From NCBI GenBank assembly GCA_030704615.1, contig CM060732.1, positions 7,130,001-7,194,000 on the forward strand: a stretch of 64,000 nt of DNA, read 5' to 3'. Below the pieces are notes generated by a model. It was not told where the DNA came from. It did no database searches and was given only the letters and a program-made list of their open reading frames with translations. The DNA is from Takakia lepidozioides. Taxonomy: Eukaryota; Plantae; Bryophyta. The position numbers and the translations under genes were made by a program. Below, one piece after another: positions 13,300-24,803 of the stretch (position 1 is its first letter; every line of letters begins with the position of its first letter).

Positions 13300-14265
13300 C
13301 GTTGCTCAGCCATAGCCAAGCTGATAATCCAGGTCAAGCAATTGAGATCCATTGCTTGCCCCAACACCTGACGACGTGATGCCTCAGAAAGAGAAGGCAC
13401 CGCCGTGGTCCCAGTGGAAAACCCCATAGCCCGCTCTCGCTCGTCGGCATTAGGCTCCACTAACTGCTGCAACTGAGCATCCCACAGAGGCCAGGTCCAC
13501 CATCCCGAAAAGCATGGGATCCTGGGAAGCTAAGCAGTGTAGGTAATGCTGCTCGTGGTTGACCCACCCTATTGACCACTGCCAAAGGCGAACGGTCATC
13601 GTGTCTCACACGTTGAGACTGCCTCCCTGTGTCCAAAATGCCATCCACAGTGAGGTGTGCTGGCCGCTGCACCCCATCAAATGCACGCTTGAGCAGTGCG
13701 GGTGGCATCAAGTTAGTCCACCAAAGCCGTGGACGATGAGCCCGTGACCCCACTGCAGCTGCATCCAGCAACACTGCTGACCCAAGCCACGACCGGACTT
13801 GATGCACACTGGCCATCACCCTGGCCCAAGAATCACCCATCAGTGGCACATTCTCCAAGATGTATGCTGGAGATACAGCTTGATGAAGCTGCAAGTGGCG
13901 CAAAACCCGCACCATCTCCCAAAACAGACCCGTCCTCGAGTCTCGTAATCCATTGCCATGCCCGGCTGATGAATGCCCTTGGCAGGGCCAACCTGCCACT
14001 ACCAGATCAATGGAGCCAACCTGCTCCAAATCCGGCGCCCCCAGCAACGAAATGTCTGCTGGCAAGGCTTGGTATCCACGAACTGCAGACACTGGCAACA
14101 AAGCAGGGTACTGCTGTACCAACTGAGCAACATGGCGCAGTGAGACGCGTCGTGCAGTCTCATCCCTCTCCACATACAGGTAACGCCTTACCCGCACACC
14201 TGCCTGTAGCACAGCAGCCAATCCGGTGCTGATCCCGCCAAACAAGTCCAAAAGGCAAATGCCTT
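13300..14265 (-). pseudogene. DNMT3-like C5-cytosine DNA methyltransferase domain embedded in gypsy pol (one frameshift near 13480)
   Basis: Motif I LDLFGGISTG, II YVERD, III ADI, IV AGWPCQGHS, VI YILENV, VIII AHRPRLWWTN, IX ERERAMGF, X RRQVLGQAM, in non-permuted order. Confidence 0.93.
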
Positions 14266-17200
14266 CATCCGGATACTGCCACACAATAGGTGTGGTATCC
14301 AATGGTGACAACTGAGGTGGTCCTGGTGCAATACCCGCACTCTCCTCCTCTCTTGACGGTACAAAAGCCTCTACCCAGGCTTGTTGCACCCGTCGATCAG
14401 CAACCTGCTGCAAATCCTTGCTCGTACCCCATAATGGAGTGTGAGCAACCATGGCAGGCAACTCCGCCATACCATGCATGTCATCCTGCTCTGCTGGAGG
14501 TGGCACATCCTCTGCATGGGCATTGCCTTCCAGCAACTCTCCAGGCCAACTAATTGCAGTTGTAAAGGCGGCTAATGTTGGCATCTTGCCCCGTTGGGCA
14601 GCCGCAATACCCCCAATGAATGTCATAGGGAGCTGTGCACGACGACCATCCCCTGACTGCCATCCAGGCCTGTAGAATACTGACTCCTCCCAAAAGTCCA
14701 GGGTGAAGCCCATGGGATATAACACTGCCCCACCAACGAGGACATCGTAAGAGACTGCGTCTGTCACAATGGCCTTGACCCGCATCACTGAGCCATCTAT
14801 AGGATGATCCGGCTGCAGTCTAATGGCCAACTGATGCCGTGTCATGCCCCGAGCCTGCTCTGATCCTCCCAGAGATGTCTGTATCTGGAAAGGACAAGGC
14901 TCCATATCCGCCTCCATGAGGCCCAAACCTGCAATAGCAGCTCTGCCCAACATCAGTGGCTGGGCTCCCGAGTCCAACAAGACCCGCAGTGGCCGGTACT
15001 TCTTGCCTGCCGGTCCACTCAAAGAGAAAATGCCATCCTGGTTGTCTAACAAGACAACTCCAGGTGTCACCATGGCGCGCTCAAAGGCTGGCCTAGCTGG
15101 CAGCTCCGTCAACCTAGCAGCTGCAGCTTGCCATGGCGCAGCCGTGGCAGTCTTGACCCTCAAATCCGAGGATCCCTCTGCCACTACACCTTCCAGTAAC
15201 TCCGCAGAAGATGAAGTGACCTCCCCACTCTCACAGAGTGTTGCTGCTAGTCTGAACACTGCAGCTGGTCTTACCCCCGGCGTCGCAATCATGGTTGCCG
15301 AGAATAGTGGGGCTTGACACACAGAGGTGGCTGCCCCCAACAACACTCCGGCTGCACTAGCCTTGGCAGCAGGTGTCAGTGCTACACGTGTAGCTTTTCC
15401 CAATGGCATAGTAACCTCCGCCTCGGTAACAGTCGGGCGAGAACTAGGTGCCATGGATGGCGTTGACACTGTCTCCGCCATGGTGAATGACTGAGGCAGC
15501 CTCGCATGACGGCTTGCCTCCCCACGTTGTGGATCCAACTCCACCTCTGCACCTCGTGGCTCAGGAGCTCGTGCTGCTCCTCGAGTCACGGCTGCAGCAG
15601 ACTCCACCTGCACTAGTGGTAGTGCTGCTCTGCACATGAATCCCATGCCTCCCATATCTCCTCCCTCAGGAGCAGGAGGTGGACCATCCCGCCTGGGAGC
15701 CGGTACCGCCTGAGCTATAGCCATTGCAGCGAGCCTCTGCTCTAGCTGCTGAAGCCGGTTGGCCATGCCTTGGTCAACACCCTGACCACCGCGTCCTTGG
15801 CTATGTTGAGCTTGCCCTTGGCCTGCACCTCGTGCCCGACCACCTCGTCCTCTCTGGGCTGGTCCACCTTGCCCCCGGCCACCATTGTTCCATTGGAACT
15901 GGCCTGGGCGCAACTCAGGATGCAAGTCATAACACTGGGCATCTCCATGCCCATACTTGCCACAATGCCCACACTGCAACTGTGCAGGTTGTGCTTGTGC
16001 CGGCCTTCTGCCACCCTCTGGGCAATCTCTCTTGACATGGGGTCCTCCACATGTCCAACATATCACCCCTGGTTGCTGTTGGCCTGCAAAAGATGCCACG
16101 GGCCTCTGCACCTGAGGTCCCCTATAAGCTCCATGGAACTTGGGCTGGGCAACATTGCCCCCCTGACCACGCTGTTGAGCGGTTCCTTGTGCCTGTGGGC
16201 TGGCAGCTAAGCCTCATGTAGGCATGTCCTTGCGAAATCCAATGGTAACAACTCGCTCCTCCACCATGTTGAGCTCAATCCGCTCAGCCAGCAGAAATAC
16301 ATCTGCTAATGTGGGTTGGGCTGCTTGTAACAGGGTTGCATCTCGCACCCTTCTCTTGAGCTCCTTGTCCAGAATTCCATACCAAAACTGGATTGCCTGA
16401 GCTTCAGTAACCCTTTGGGTCACACTTATCAAGCGCCTCATACGAGTGTACGCCTCTCACAGGCTCTCACTGGGTTTGCGCTGGAAGTCTTGCAAACTTC
16501 GCAGCTTCTCTGTCCGTACACCTTGGTAGTTCCTCCGCAACTCCTGGAAGAACTCCACCACCGGGTTGAATCTAGGCACATGTGTTGTAGTCATGGCAGG
16601 AGGAGTAGTAGCACCTTTTGAACTGGTACCACCTGCAGAAGTACCGGCACTACTTGTTCCACTACTAGTGCTGGTAGTGGGAGATATTGGTACTGATGCA
16701 GCTACTGGTCGCGTCGTGCCTCGAGTAATGGAGACGTAGTCAAGTGACCAATACATCCTTCACTCCTCAATCTCCGCTTCATGTCCTTGCCTGAACTTGT
16801 GGTAATCGTCCATAGGCGGGCCTTCCAAATGCTGGAACAGTCCCTTCCACGCCATGAATGGAGTGAACAATTGTGGATTGCGCATCTGCTGCAAATCACA
16901 CCAGCTGTCAAACTCCTGGATAAAGTCATCCAGCTCAATTGTGCCCACAGCTCCAGAGTACCTACGAGGCCCCTTGGTAGCTCCATACATCTCCTCCATG
17001 TCGTCCCACAACAATGGCGAATGAAACTGCACACCTGTTGATGAAGCCTCCGAGTCTGTGTCTGACTCTGCACTAGTTGAGGGTGGAGGTGAAGGTGGTC
17101 TGAAACGAACACCTCGTCTGGTGAACCCACTCTCACTGCTACTGCCTGTAGCCGTACTCCCCTCAGAACCCCTGGGTAACTCCGTGATGACACTCACAAT

Positions 17201-18966
17201 GTGCACCTCCCCCACGTGACATTATAAGGCTCTATTACTAATTCTAATAGTGACACGGGTAGGCACCTGTTGCAGTTTAAGGGTCATATCCCAGTGGCTC
17301 AGGGCACCTGCACCTGCATCCACCGCAAGAACTCCTATGGTTGGCTGGTCATCAACCCAGCCTCACCATAGAAGAAACACTGGTGGTCTTGCTGGTCATC
17401 ACTCCAGCCTCACCACCGACAGCATACTCTAGGATTAACCGGTGATCAAATCCGGCCTAATCCCTATGAAAGCAAGCGCCCACACAAAACCAACATGGCG
17501 CACAGTCAAGCATGCAGGTGTTGGGGGGATCCAAACACAAGAAATCAAAACATCAACACCCCACACCAAAATCCAGCAGCAACGCTGATCCTGCAGAATA
17601 TCCCAGCCCAAAACCCCGGACTGACTGGCCTCCACCAGGAGAGGCTTTGGCAACTACAAGTACAAGGTAATGAAAATAGTACAGAGATGGAGGGGAAGAA
17701 TAGAAGCCCGACCTAGCAAGATCTAATCCTGATCTATGCTATCAACTGCCAGACTTCTCTCAAAGTGCCTCGCTCTGCATGATGGTAAGGTGTAGGAGGT
17801 ATATCTATGTCCAGAAACCTGCCACTAACCTTGTCCCAAGCTACAGTAGCTCGCTCTAACCAACCCTCCTCCTCTTTTTGCCAAGTAGAGACAAAGCAAC
17901 ACTCTGCTATCTCCCGCTCACTGAACACTAAAGAAAACAAAGGTAGGGTCTGATAGTCTCTCAACTCGAAAGCTTTGAGACGGTTGCGGGTGTCCTCATT
18001 GCGAATGACTGCATCTCCTTCAAACAGAACAAACTTGTCCTCGCTAATGAACCCCCGCTCGTGGTTGCCTTGTGCAGAGCGTGTCCGGCTGCAACGCTGT
18101 CTGATTGCACAAACTTGTGTAGCTCATGCTCCTCTGCTCCAGTACACACACAGCCTTGTGGCTGAACACCTTGGTCCCCGGGGCTGTCTTTGGCTGTGTT
18201 CCAAGCCTAGCTTTCACCCACTTTGGTATTTCACTTACAGCTGCAGAACTGTTGGCTCCAACAGAGTTCTGACTGTCCAAAGCGATATTGAGGCCCTCAA
18301 CGCCAACTACAGCAGTCTATTGTCTACTGCTAATGCCTGACTCCCAGTATGCAATCAACTCGTCCAATTGTTCTCCACTCAAATCAGTCTGAGTTCCTTG
18401 GGAAACATAAATCCTGTCCCCTTGTGTGCACAGGCTAAGAGAAGAGACCTGCCCTTCAATTACGTCCTCATTTCCCCCAGCCATACAAGGAGGACATCCA
18501 CAGATTTGTCTCTCAAATAGACCAGAACAGGTTCTAGAAACAGAATTGTGGATCTTTCACGGCACACTCACACTCTAAAAATTCCATAGATTTTTAGCAG
18601 AGTCCCAAAAACAAAAAACAAGTTAAATAAGCACAGTGTGAAAACAGTTAGAATAAAACTAGTTATTTGTATTTAACACTTGGATTTAGGTCAAGTGTTA
18701 AATCAGGTGTCAAGTTTAGTTTGACACCTGGTCCGTCTTATCTTCACGAGAGCGGCAGTCGCGCAGCTCATCTCTCTCGAGTTGAGCCTGCGCGACCGAG
18801 CTCCTGCATGCGTTTAGATCTGAGTGTACTCATGATGGGAGTGTAGGTTGTTGTGGGGTGGAGTCCCCATAGCTTGGGATGCCCCTGGCTCGACTACTAT
18901 TTCTAAGAGTGATGGTTTGGTTTTCATGTTTTGTGTCAACAGTGTGTTCTTGGGTTTTCTTATCAT

Positions 18967-19051
18967 TGTGGCAGACTACTTTATTGTGCATATATATGTG
19001 GTGTGGTTTGGACAGCGATGTAGTTGTGTAGCGATATGTATACGCACGACA
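18967..19051 (+). repeat. Second copy of the 85-bp LTR-like repeat, inverted relative to 9540-9624
   Basis: 82/85 identical by manual alignment, three A/G transitions. No TSD or canonical PBS seen. Confidence 0.9.
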
Positions 19052-19479
19052 AGGCCACCCACACCAGTGAGCATTGACAATCTCCCTTTCCTCTCTGCAT
19101 CTGTTTATTGTTCAAAGGTAGACTCCCCATCCTGAGGTAAAATTTTCAGTCTAGTGCCAAGGGTAGGTCTGCCCTTCAGATCATCCTCAAAGTCCTCACC
19201 CATGTCACAAACTGGAAACGAGTTCAGGGAAGTTTATGCCTAACATTGTTTTGTTCGGACATTCTTCATGCTTTTGACATGGCCTTAGACACTTCAGCCT
19301 CCACGTCAGATTCATCTAGCAGGGTGAGTTCTTCCTTCCTAATATTCAGGTATTTATCATAGGGTCGCTGGTATGAGGCATGCGATTCAGCTGACTGTAC
19401 CATCTGACCTTGAACTCATCATGTTGAGAGGTCAAGGCTGGTACTCCAAACTCGCCCTGAGCAGCCACGTCAGTTGTTC

Positions 19480-19666
19480 TACAGCTTCTGGGGTCAGGGG
19501 AAAGATATGGAGGATGGTTCACAACCTGCATGCGAACACCAAAGCTTGTGTTGTGGTCAATAGCGAGAAGTCTAATTTCTTTGACATTGACCAAGGTGTA
19601 GCTCAAGGTTGTACCCTCTCCCCGCTGATCTTCAATGTTTTCGTTTATCAGCCCCTTAAAAATTAG
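19480..19666 (+). mobile_element. LINE RT fragment
   Basis: GVRGKIWRMVHNL...FDIDQGVAQGCTLSPLIFNVF. Confidence 0.85.
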
Positions 19667-20149
19667 GAAAACAGAGATTTGGGTTACAGGTGGGTGATGC
19701 CGCCATACCAGCACTTATGAAGAGATCAGGCCTTATCAGGCCTTGGAGTACACATCTGCCGTGTGGGTTGGCCAACTCCAATCATGCTAAAACTTTAGAA
19801 TCCATTCAGCTTTTGGTGCTCAAAGAGAACATGTCAGCGCGTGCACCATAAAATGTCAAGGAAGGAAACCTTTGTAGAAGGAAGGTGTCATTCTAGGACG
19901 GAGGTTTCCTTAGAGGTTTCTTTCTTTTTTCTTTCCTTGAATAGGCCAGCTCAGGGACATGGTTGACACAGCCCCCAGGAAGCCTGCCTCACCTTCATGG
20001 AAAACACTTCCAGACTCCAAATCAACCTCAAGATGGGTGCTTATTATCCTACAGAACAGCTTGCAAATTGTGGTAAGAAGTGTAATGCTACGGTAGTTCC
20101 TAGGCTGTCATCTGTCACCTCAGATTGACACTGACACCCTCTCTCTAGC

Positions 20150-20412
20150 GAAAGGGTATCATTTCAGTCTTCCAAATAATGTCCCAGAGGAGTGCAAGGG
20201 CATCTACCATATGATCACACCAGGCTTGACAATCGTATCAGACACACCAACTTTATAGCCCTTTAGATGTTCTATTGCTTCAGCAATCTCTGAAGAACTA
20301 ATGGGCACGTTGTACCCCTTTGTGATGCACTCCAGTTTTTCAGGGTTGTCTTGGATTGTAGACAGTCATTTCCACTGTACCCTTCCATTCTTTAGAAGAC
20401 TCCTCACTATTA
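20150..20412 (-). mobile_element. Diverged second copy of the LINE segment at about 8080-8420
   Basis: Shared strings such as tttagatgttc, caatctc, ctaatggg, ctccagtt, tagaagac and aaaggg.atc.tttcagtcttc. Confidence 0.75.
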
Positions 20413-20539
20413 TAGGTAGGTCTGACTGACAGGGTCTTCTTGCATAGGCCTTTGGGCTTTGCTTACCCACTAGGTTTGCCATCCCTAGTAGTATGGTGGT
20501 ATTGTTTCTCATGTTTATGTTGAGCAATGTGTGCAGAGT

Positions 20540-23500
20540 TCAGTAAAAAAAAGGAAGGGAATTGCAGGGAATGATGCGAACGAGCATAAGTCTCTTACTC
20601 CAGCAAAGTGTGCACCAACTATTGCGCCAACTACTGTGATGAGTGGCGCGGTTGTTCCAACTTACGAAACCAGCCCCGCCCACTCCACAGACTGACGTTC
20701 CAGCTCCCTTGTATCCACCAGTATCGGCTCCTCCCTCGTATCCGCTTATGTACCCGCAGTATCCTGCCATGTCAGGGTATAATCTGCATGGGCACATGCT
20801 GTATCCTCACTATCAACCTGCAAACAATGATCCTTAGTGCCAGAATTACAATTCTTTTGCTCCACCTGCAGGCGCTCCAATGCATGATCCTAGTCAAGGT
20901 GGGTATTCCATTTACCACCATTATGGAATGCATCCCCATAGTATGTATCCTCCTCGGCCTATGTACAACCAACCTACTTCCTCCCTCTATCCTACCAGCC
21001 CTGCAAGACCACACCAGGGGCAGGTCCAGTATGGTGGCCACCAACCTTCAGGATCCAACTACAGTGGAGTACAACAGCCGGCACCTTCGAGCTTCACTGC
21101 ACCGCGGCCACCTCTTTATCCAACATCTCCAGGTACACCTAATACCCTGAAAGGGAAAGGCATTCTGAAACAGACCGAGGATGCATTTGCTCCGCATCAT
21201 CCTGTGGGGTGGGAGACAACAGTCCAGCCCCAACAGAGTGAAGGTGGTAACATGCAAGGTACTGCTGAAACCTTGCAGGATTCCAGCCTTACTCCTGGGG
21301 GGACATCAGGTGTGACTCCTATAGAACGCAAAAAGCTTTAAGGAGGGAAAGAAGGGCACTTGCAAAAGATCTGAGAGACCAGGCTGCTCAGAATGTGGCT
21401 GTAGGGAGGAGGAAATTTTTCATTTCTTGTGATGAACTTGGAAACCCTGAAGGTCCTGCTCGGAACCAGTGGATGACAGCTCTGCGAGGGTAGTGTCAAC
21501 GTTTGTTGGACTGGTCATTGTATGCTCAGGATTGACCATTACACTTAATTGAAAAGATCATGGAGATCTTGGCTTCAGATTGGGAATACGGACCTCCTGG
21601 TCTTAACATAAAGGCTATTACAAAACAATTTGCGGGTAGCTCAAGTACCAACGAAATAAGCTGTTCAAAAATTACTATAGTGTGGGGCTGCCCAAACCCC
21701 ATCATGTGCCAGACAAGACATGGGCACAACTAGTTGTTAGTTGGGGTTCCACTGATTTCAAGAAATTCCAGGCAAATGGTGTCAAGGCGCGGGGATGTGT
21801 GAAGAATACATCTCGATCGGTCGCAGTGGAATCAGCGGTGTTGTAGCACGACTGGTATACTTCTCTTACAACATAGGAAGTTCCCACATTGTTTTGCATT
21901 GACAAACTTTATGTGTTGGGTTTTTTTGGATGGAGCTCAGAGTCTATTCCTATATGGATGGAATTAGTACACATTGCTACTACTTGGGGGCCTTCTCAGA
22001 GTTGGGCGCCAGCAAGAAAACATTGTTTGGGCTTTCAGAAATGGAGGGGGATGATGACATGGAGGGTTGGTCTGAAGGTGAACTCAATCCATCCCCCCAT
22101 ATTGTTGAGGAAACTGCAAAGTGTTCATCAGTTTTGTTGTCCCCTACACCAGTAGCACTACCGGCATATGTACTACCCTCTCAATATGCCTGTGAGGTCT
22201 CCATGAATTTACAGAGTGCCCCACAGAAAGGTGTGTCTTTTGTACATGATAATCATGTACAAGTTGTAGGTAATTGCCCTTCGGCAACCGAGAGGCAGAA
22301 ACACATCCTTATACTTGACTTGAATGGATTGTTATGTGAGAGCAGACTACGAACAAGGGAATACCTAGAGCCCACTGTCACCTCCAGACCTGGGTGTCAG
22401 GAGTTTCTGGACCGATGCCTTCAGATTTTTGATGTAGGTGTATGGTCTTCCATGTCATTGAGTAATGTCCTTCCAGTTGTGAAAGCTTTGTTTCGTGGGA
22501 AGCAACCAAGATGGTGCTTCACCAAGACTATTGTGACCAGCATGTGGGAATGGTGGACCCTTTCAATCCTTCTAAAACTGTCATGTACAAGAACTTATGT
22601 ATGTTTTGGAAGGACTACAGCCATTACAATCCAACCAATACTTTGCTGGTGGACGATTCCCCACTCACTTGCTTACCCAACCCTGCAAATAATTGCATCT
22701 TCCCGTATCCATGGAAGTTGAGGGATCAGCCAAACTGCAAGAGGCTTATGAAAGAATTACTGCCTTGGTTAGAGGGTGTATCCAAGGCTGCACACATCCC
22801 TGAGTATGTGTCAGGGCACCCATACAGATATGGGCAGCCCAACTACTTGTTCAATACTGCAGCCATGGGTAGTGGATCACAACAATCTGCAAAGGCATCC
22901 GAACCAGGGCTTCCTGCTGCCAGAGTTCCAACGACTTTGCCTCCCGATGCAACAACAAAGCATAATCAAAGAAAGGTGAGAGCAAAAGTTTCAATGCTTG
23001 GGCGCGTGGGTGGATTTATATTGTTAATGCTACTTCACAATGTGTGTCATTCGTGCTATTCTCATTTTTTGATCGTTGTGTCATTCAATATACAGATGGT
23101 GAAACCAGTGAAGCGTTCAATGGACAGGGATAGTACAATATGTGCTATCAATCAGACTACAACCACAGTGGATCTAACTGAACCACAAGGTGACCAACAA
23201 AATCCGCACAGTGTAAGTACTTCATTTGTGCAATTTTGTTTCCTTGTCTGATGCTGGATCAATACACCTCCTATGTATCGCCACATAGCTGCAGGCCCAA
23301 CAACCTACAAAGGTAGTTTTGTGACATCGTCCTACCACATCCATGTTGACCATGCATAACCTGCTACCAACTAGGTATGGCACCGTTCTAGCTTTGATCA
23401 TGTCAGCATGTAGTATAGAGACAAGCAAATGCAATTCGGAATTGGAAGTACTGCAATAGGTAGGGTTGGGGTGTTTGCTGGAAGAACTTCAATGTCATTT

Positions 23501-23826
23501 TGCAGGAGTGTCAAGCTGTCAGTCTCTGTTCTCCAGGGTTCATTTCTGATATAGGAATCTGGTTTTTGTTGCAGTTTCAGATCGGCGACAAGGTGTTATT
23601 GTTTGATCCTTGTGCACCAAAAAGAAGGGCATGTGTGGGATATATTGATGGATTTCCAAAAGCAAATGTGCCAGACAACTATTACCGTATCCATGTGAAA
23701 TCGGTCATGATTTCAGAGGTTGTGTTGCCGTACCCGGACTACTCTGTTACCCCTAATTATACCACATTGGGTGACACGCAGGGAAGTTCCACCTTACGGT
23801 CTGAAAAGTTTCTTAAACACGCGTGA
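20540..23826 (+). mobile_element. CACTA second gene (TnpA/Tnp1-like), spliced and decayed, containing an FCP1/NIF HAD-phosphatase-like domain
   Basis: Pro/Tyr-rich N-terminus. Ptta/En-Spm-like segment GNPEGPARNQW...WAQLVVSWGSTDFKK..KARGCVK at 21400-21820. Last exon VLLFDP..VGYI..VPDNYYRIHV..VVLPYP..TLGDTQG resembles the Tnp1 C-terminal domain. CACTA terminus 1 kb downstream. Confidence 0.7.
22295..22845 (+). pseudogene. FCP1-homology (NIF) HAD-fold phosphatase-like domain, frameshift near 22510
   Basis: HILILDLNGLL, RPGCQEFL, FDVGVWSS, MYKNL, NTLLVDDSP, NPANNCIFP. Confidence 0.85.
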
Positions 23827-24231
23827 TATTGAAGGTGCTACAAGTTTAGTTTAGTTTTCTTTATGGATTGAGGGTTGCTGAGACAGGTGAACAAAACAGC
23901 TCTTCTCACATGAACAATATTTTTTGAATTGATGCTCTTGCTATTCTCATGTATGATCACAAGATCCCCTTGTTCAAGGGCAACTTCATTTTCCCACATC
24001 AAGCCAAATTTTTCTTGTGTAGACATGAATGTGGTATTTTGCTGGTTGTTTGCTATATTTAATATTAATAACATTACTATTGGTCAATGTGGTTAATAAT
24101 ACAATTATTATCCCTGTTTTAAATAAGATTTTTTAAATGAAACAAAACAAATAAAAATTCTAAAATAATAATATATTACATATTAAATCAAGCAGCCAAT
24201 GGCTTTTGGGGTGCTATCCCATTTATTATAA

Positions 24232-24262
24232 GAATAAGAATAATAATAATAATAATAATAAT
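24232..24262. repeat. (AAT)n microsatellite
   Basis: Read directly. Confidence 0.85.
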
Positions 24263-24339
24263 ATGACTATTCATTTTGGCATTTGTCAACAAATAATAAT
24301 TGTTTACTTTTCGTCCAATAGGAACAAAACAATGGATAT

Positions 24340-24803
24340 GACAGTATTCACACTAGTGTCATTGCGATCACATCACGACTTGAACCTGGTGTTAAATCTG
24401 TGTGAGAGAATCCGTAAGAAGAGCCCTTAATATCTATTATTTATTTAATAATTCTGATGGACTCTATTACGTGGCATTCCCTTTGACATACATGTGGCAG
24501 ACATGGTGGCAATGAGGTGTAATAAGTACCGTAGAAAGACCATTAAGATTACTTAGTCAAAATAGTAGTTGAACTAACTAGTCAAAACGGCCGTCAAAAT
24601 ATCCGTCAAAAGAGCCACCTAAACCTACTGCCACATCAGGTGCAAGTTTGGTGTGAGATGGTTTTTTTCACAGGACCAAGAAAGTTCACATGTGGTGCAA
24701 AGGACTAGGTTAACCTAACACCAAGGGGGGGTGTGAACTTGGGCTCTTTTCACACCAAAATGTGTGAGAAGAGTCGTTAAATAAACCGGTTTCTGTATTA
24801 GTG
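24340..24803. mobile_element. CACTA right terminus (...TTCTGTATTAGTG = reverse complement CACTAATACAGAA) with subterminal repeats
   Basis: TAGTG end at 24803. Repeated tcacac/gtgtga motifs upstream. No matching left end found in window. Confidence 0.75.

Larger units (their letters stand above)
9540..17970 (-). mobile_element. Ty3/gypsy LTR retrotransposon: gag(2xCCHC)-protease-C5 DNA methyltransferase-RT-RNaseH-integrase-PHD; decayed, 5' end not in expected place
   Basis: CWTCGGPHVKRDC and CGHCGKYGHGDAQC knuckles. VLLDSGAQ protease. RMCGDYRPVN, LDLRSGYHQ and YIDD in RT. LHTDWS, YSSYEGE and TDHQPL in RNase H. HAHEELGH..CMVC, LDFAG, LTDQGREF and DGLAERVV in integrase. RT-RH-IN order is gypsy. 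The 5' boundary is approximate. Confidence 0.95.

Noticed and set aside
13300-14265. Host DRM/CMT/MET1 gene or bacterial contamination
   Set aside because: Intronless and in frame with gag-protease, unpermuted motifs, no UBA/BAH/chromo domains, flanked by plant TE sequence.
9540-19051. Ginger-like DNA transposon or DIRS element with true TIRs
   Set aside because: RT, RNase H, gag and a PPT are present, the integrase is DDE rather than a tyrosine recombinase, and no TSD flanks the pair. Kept only as an alternative in findings.
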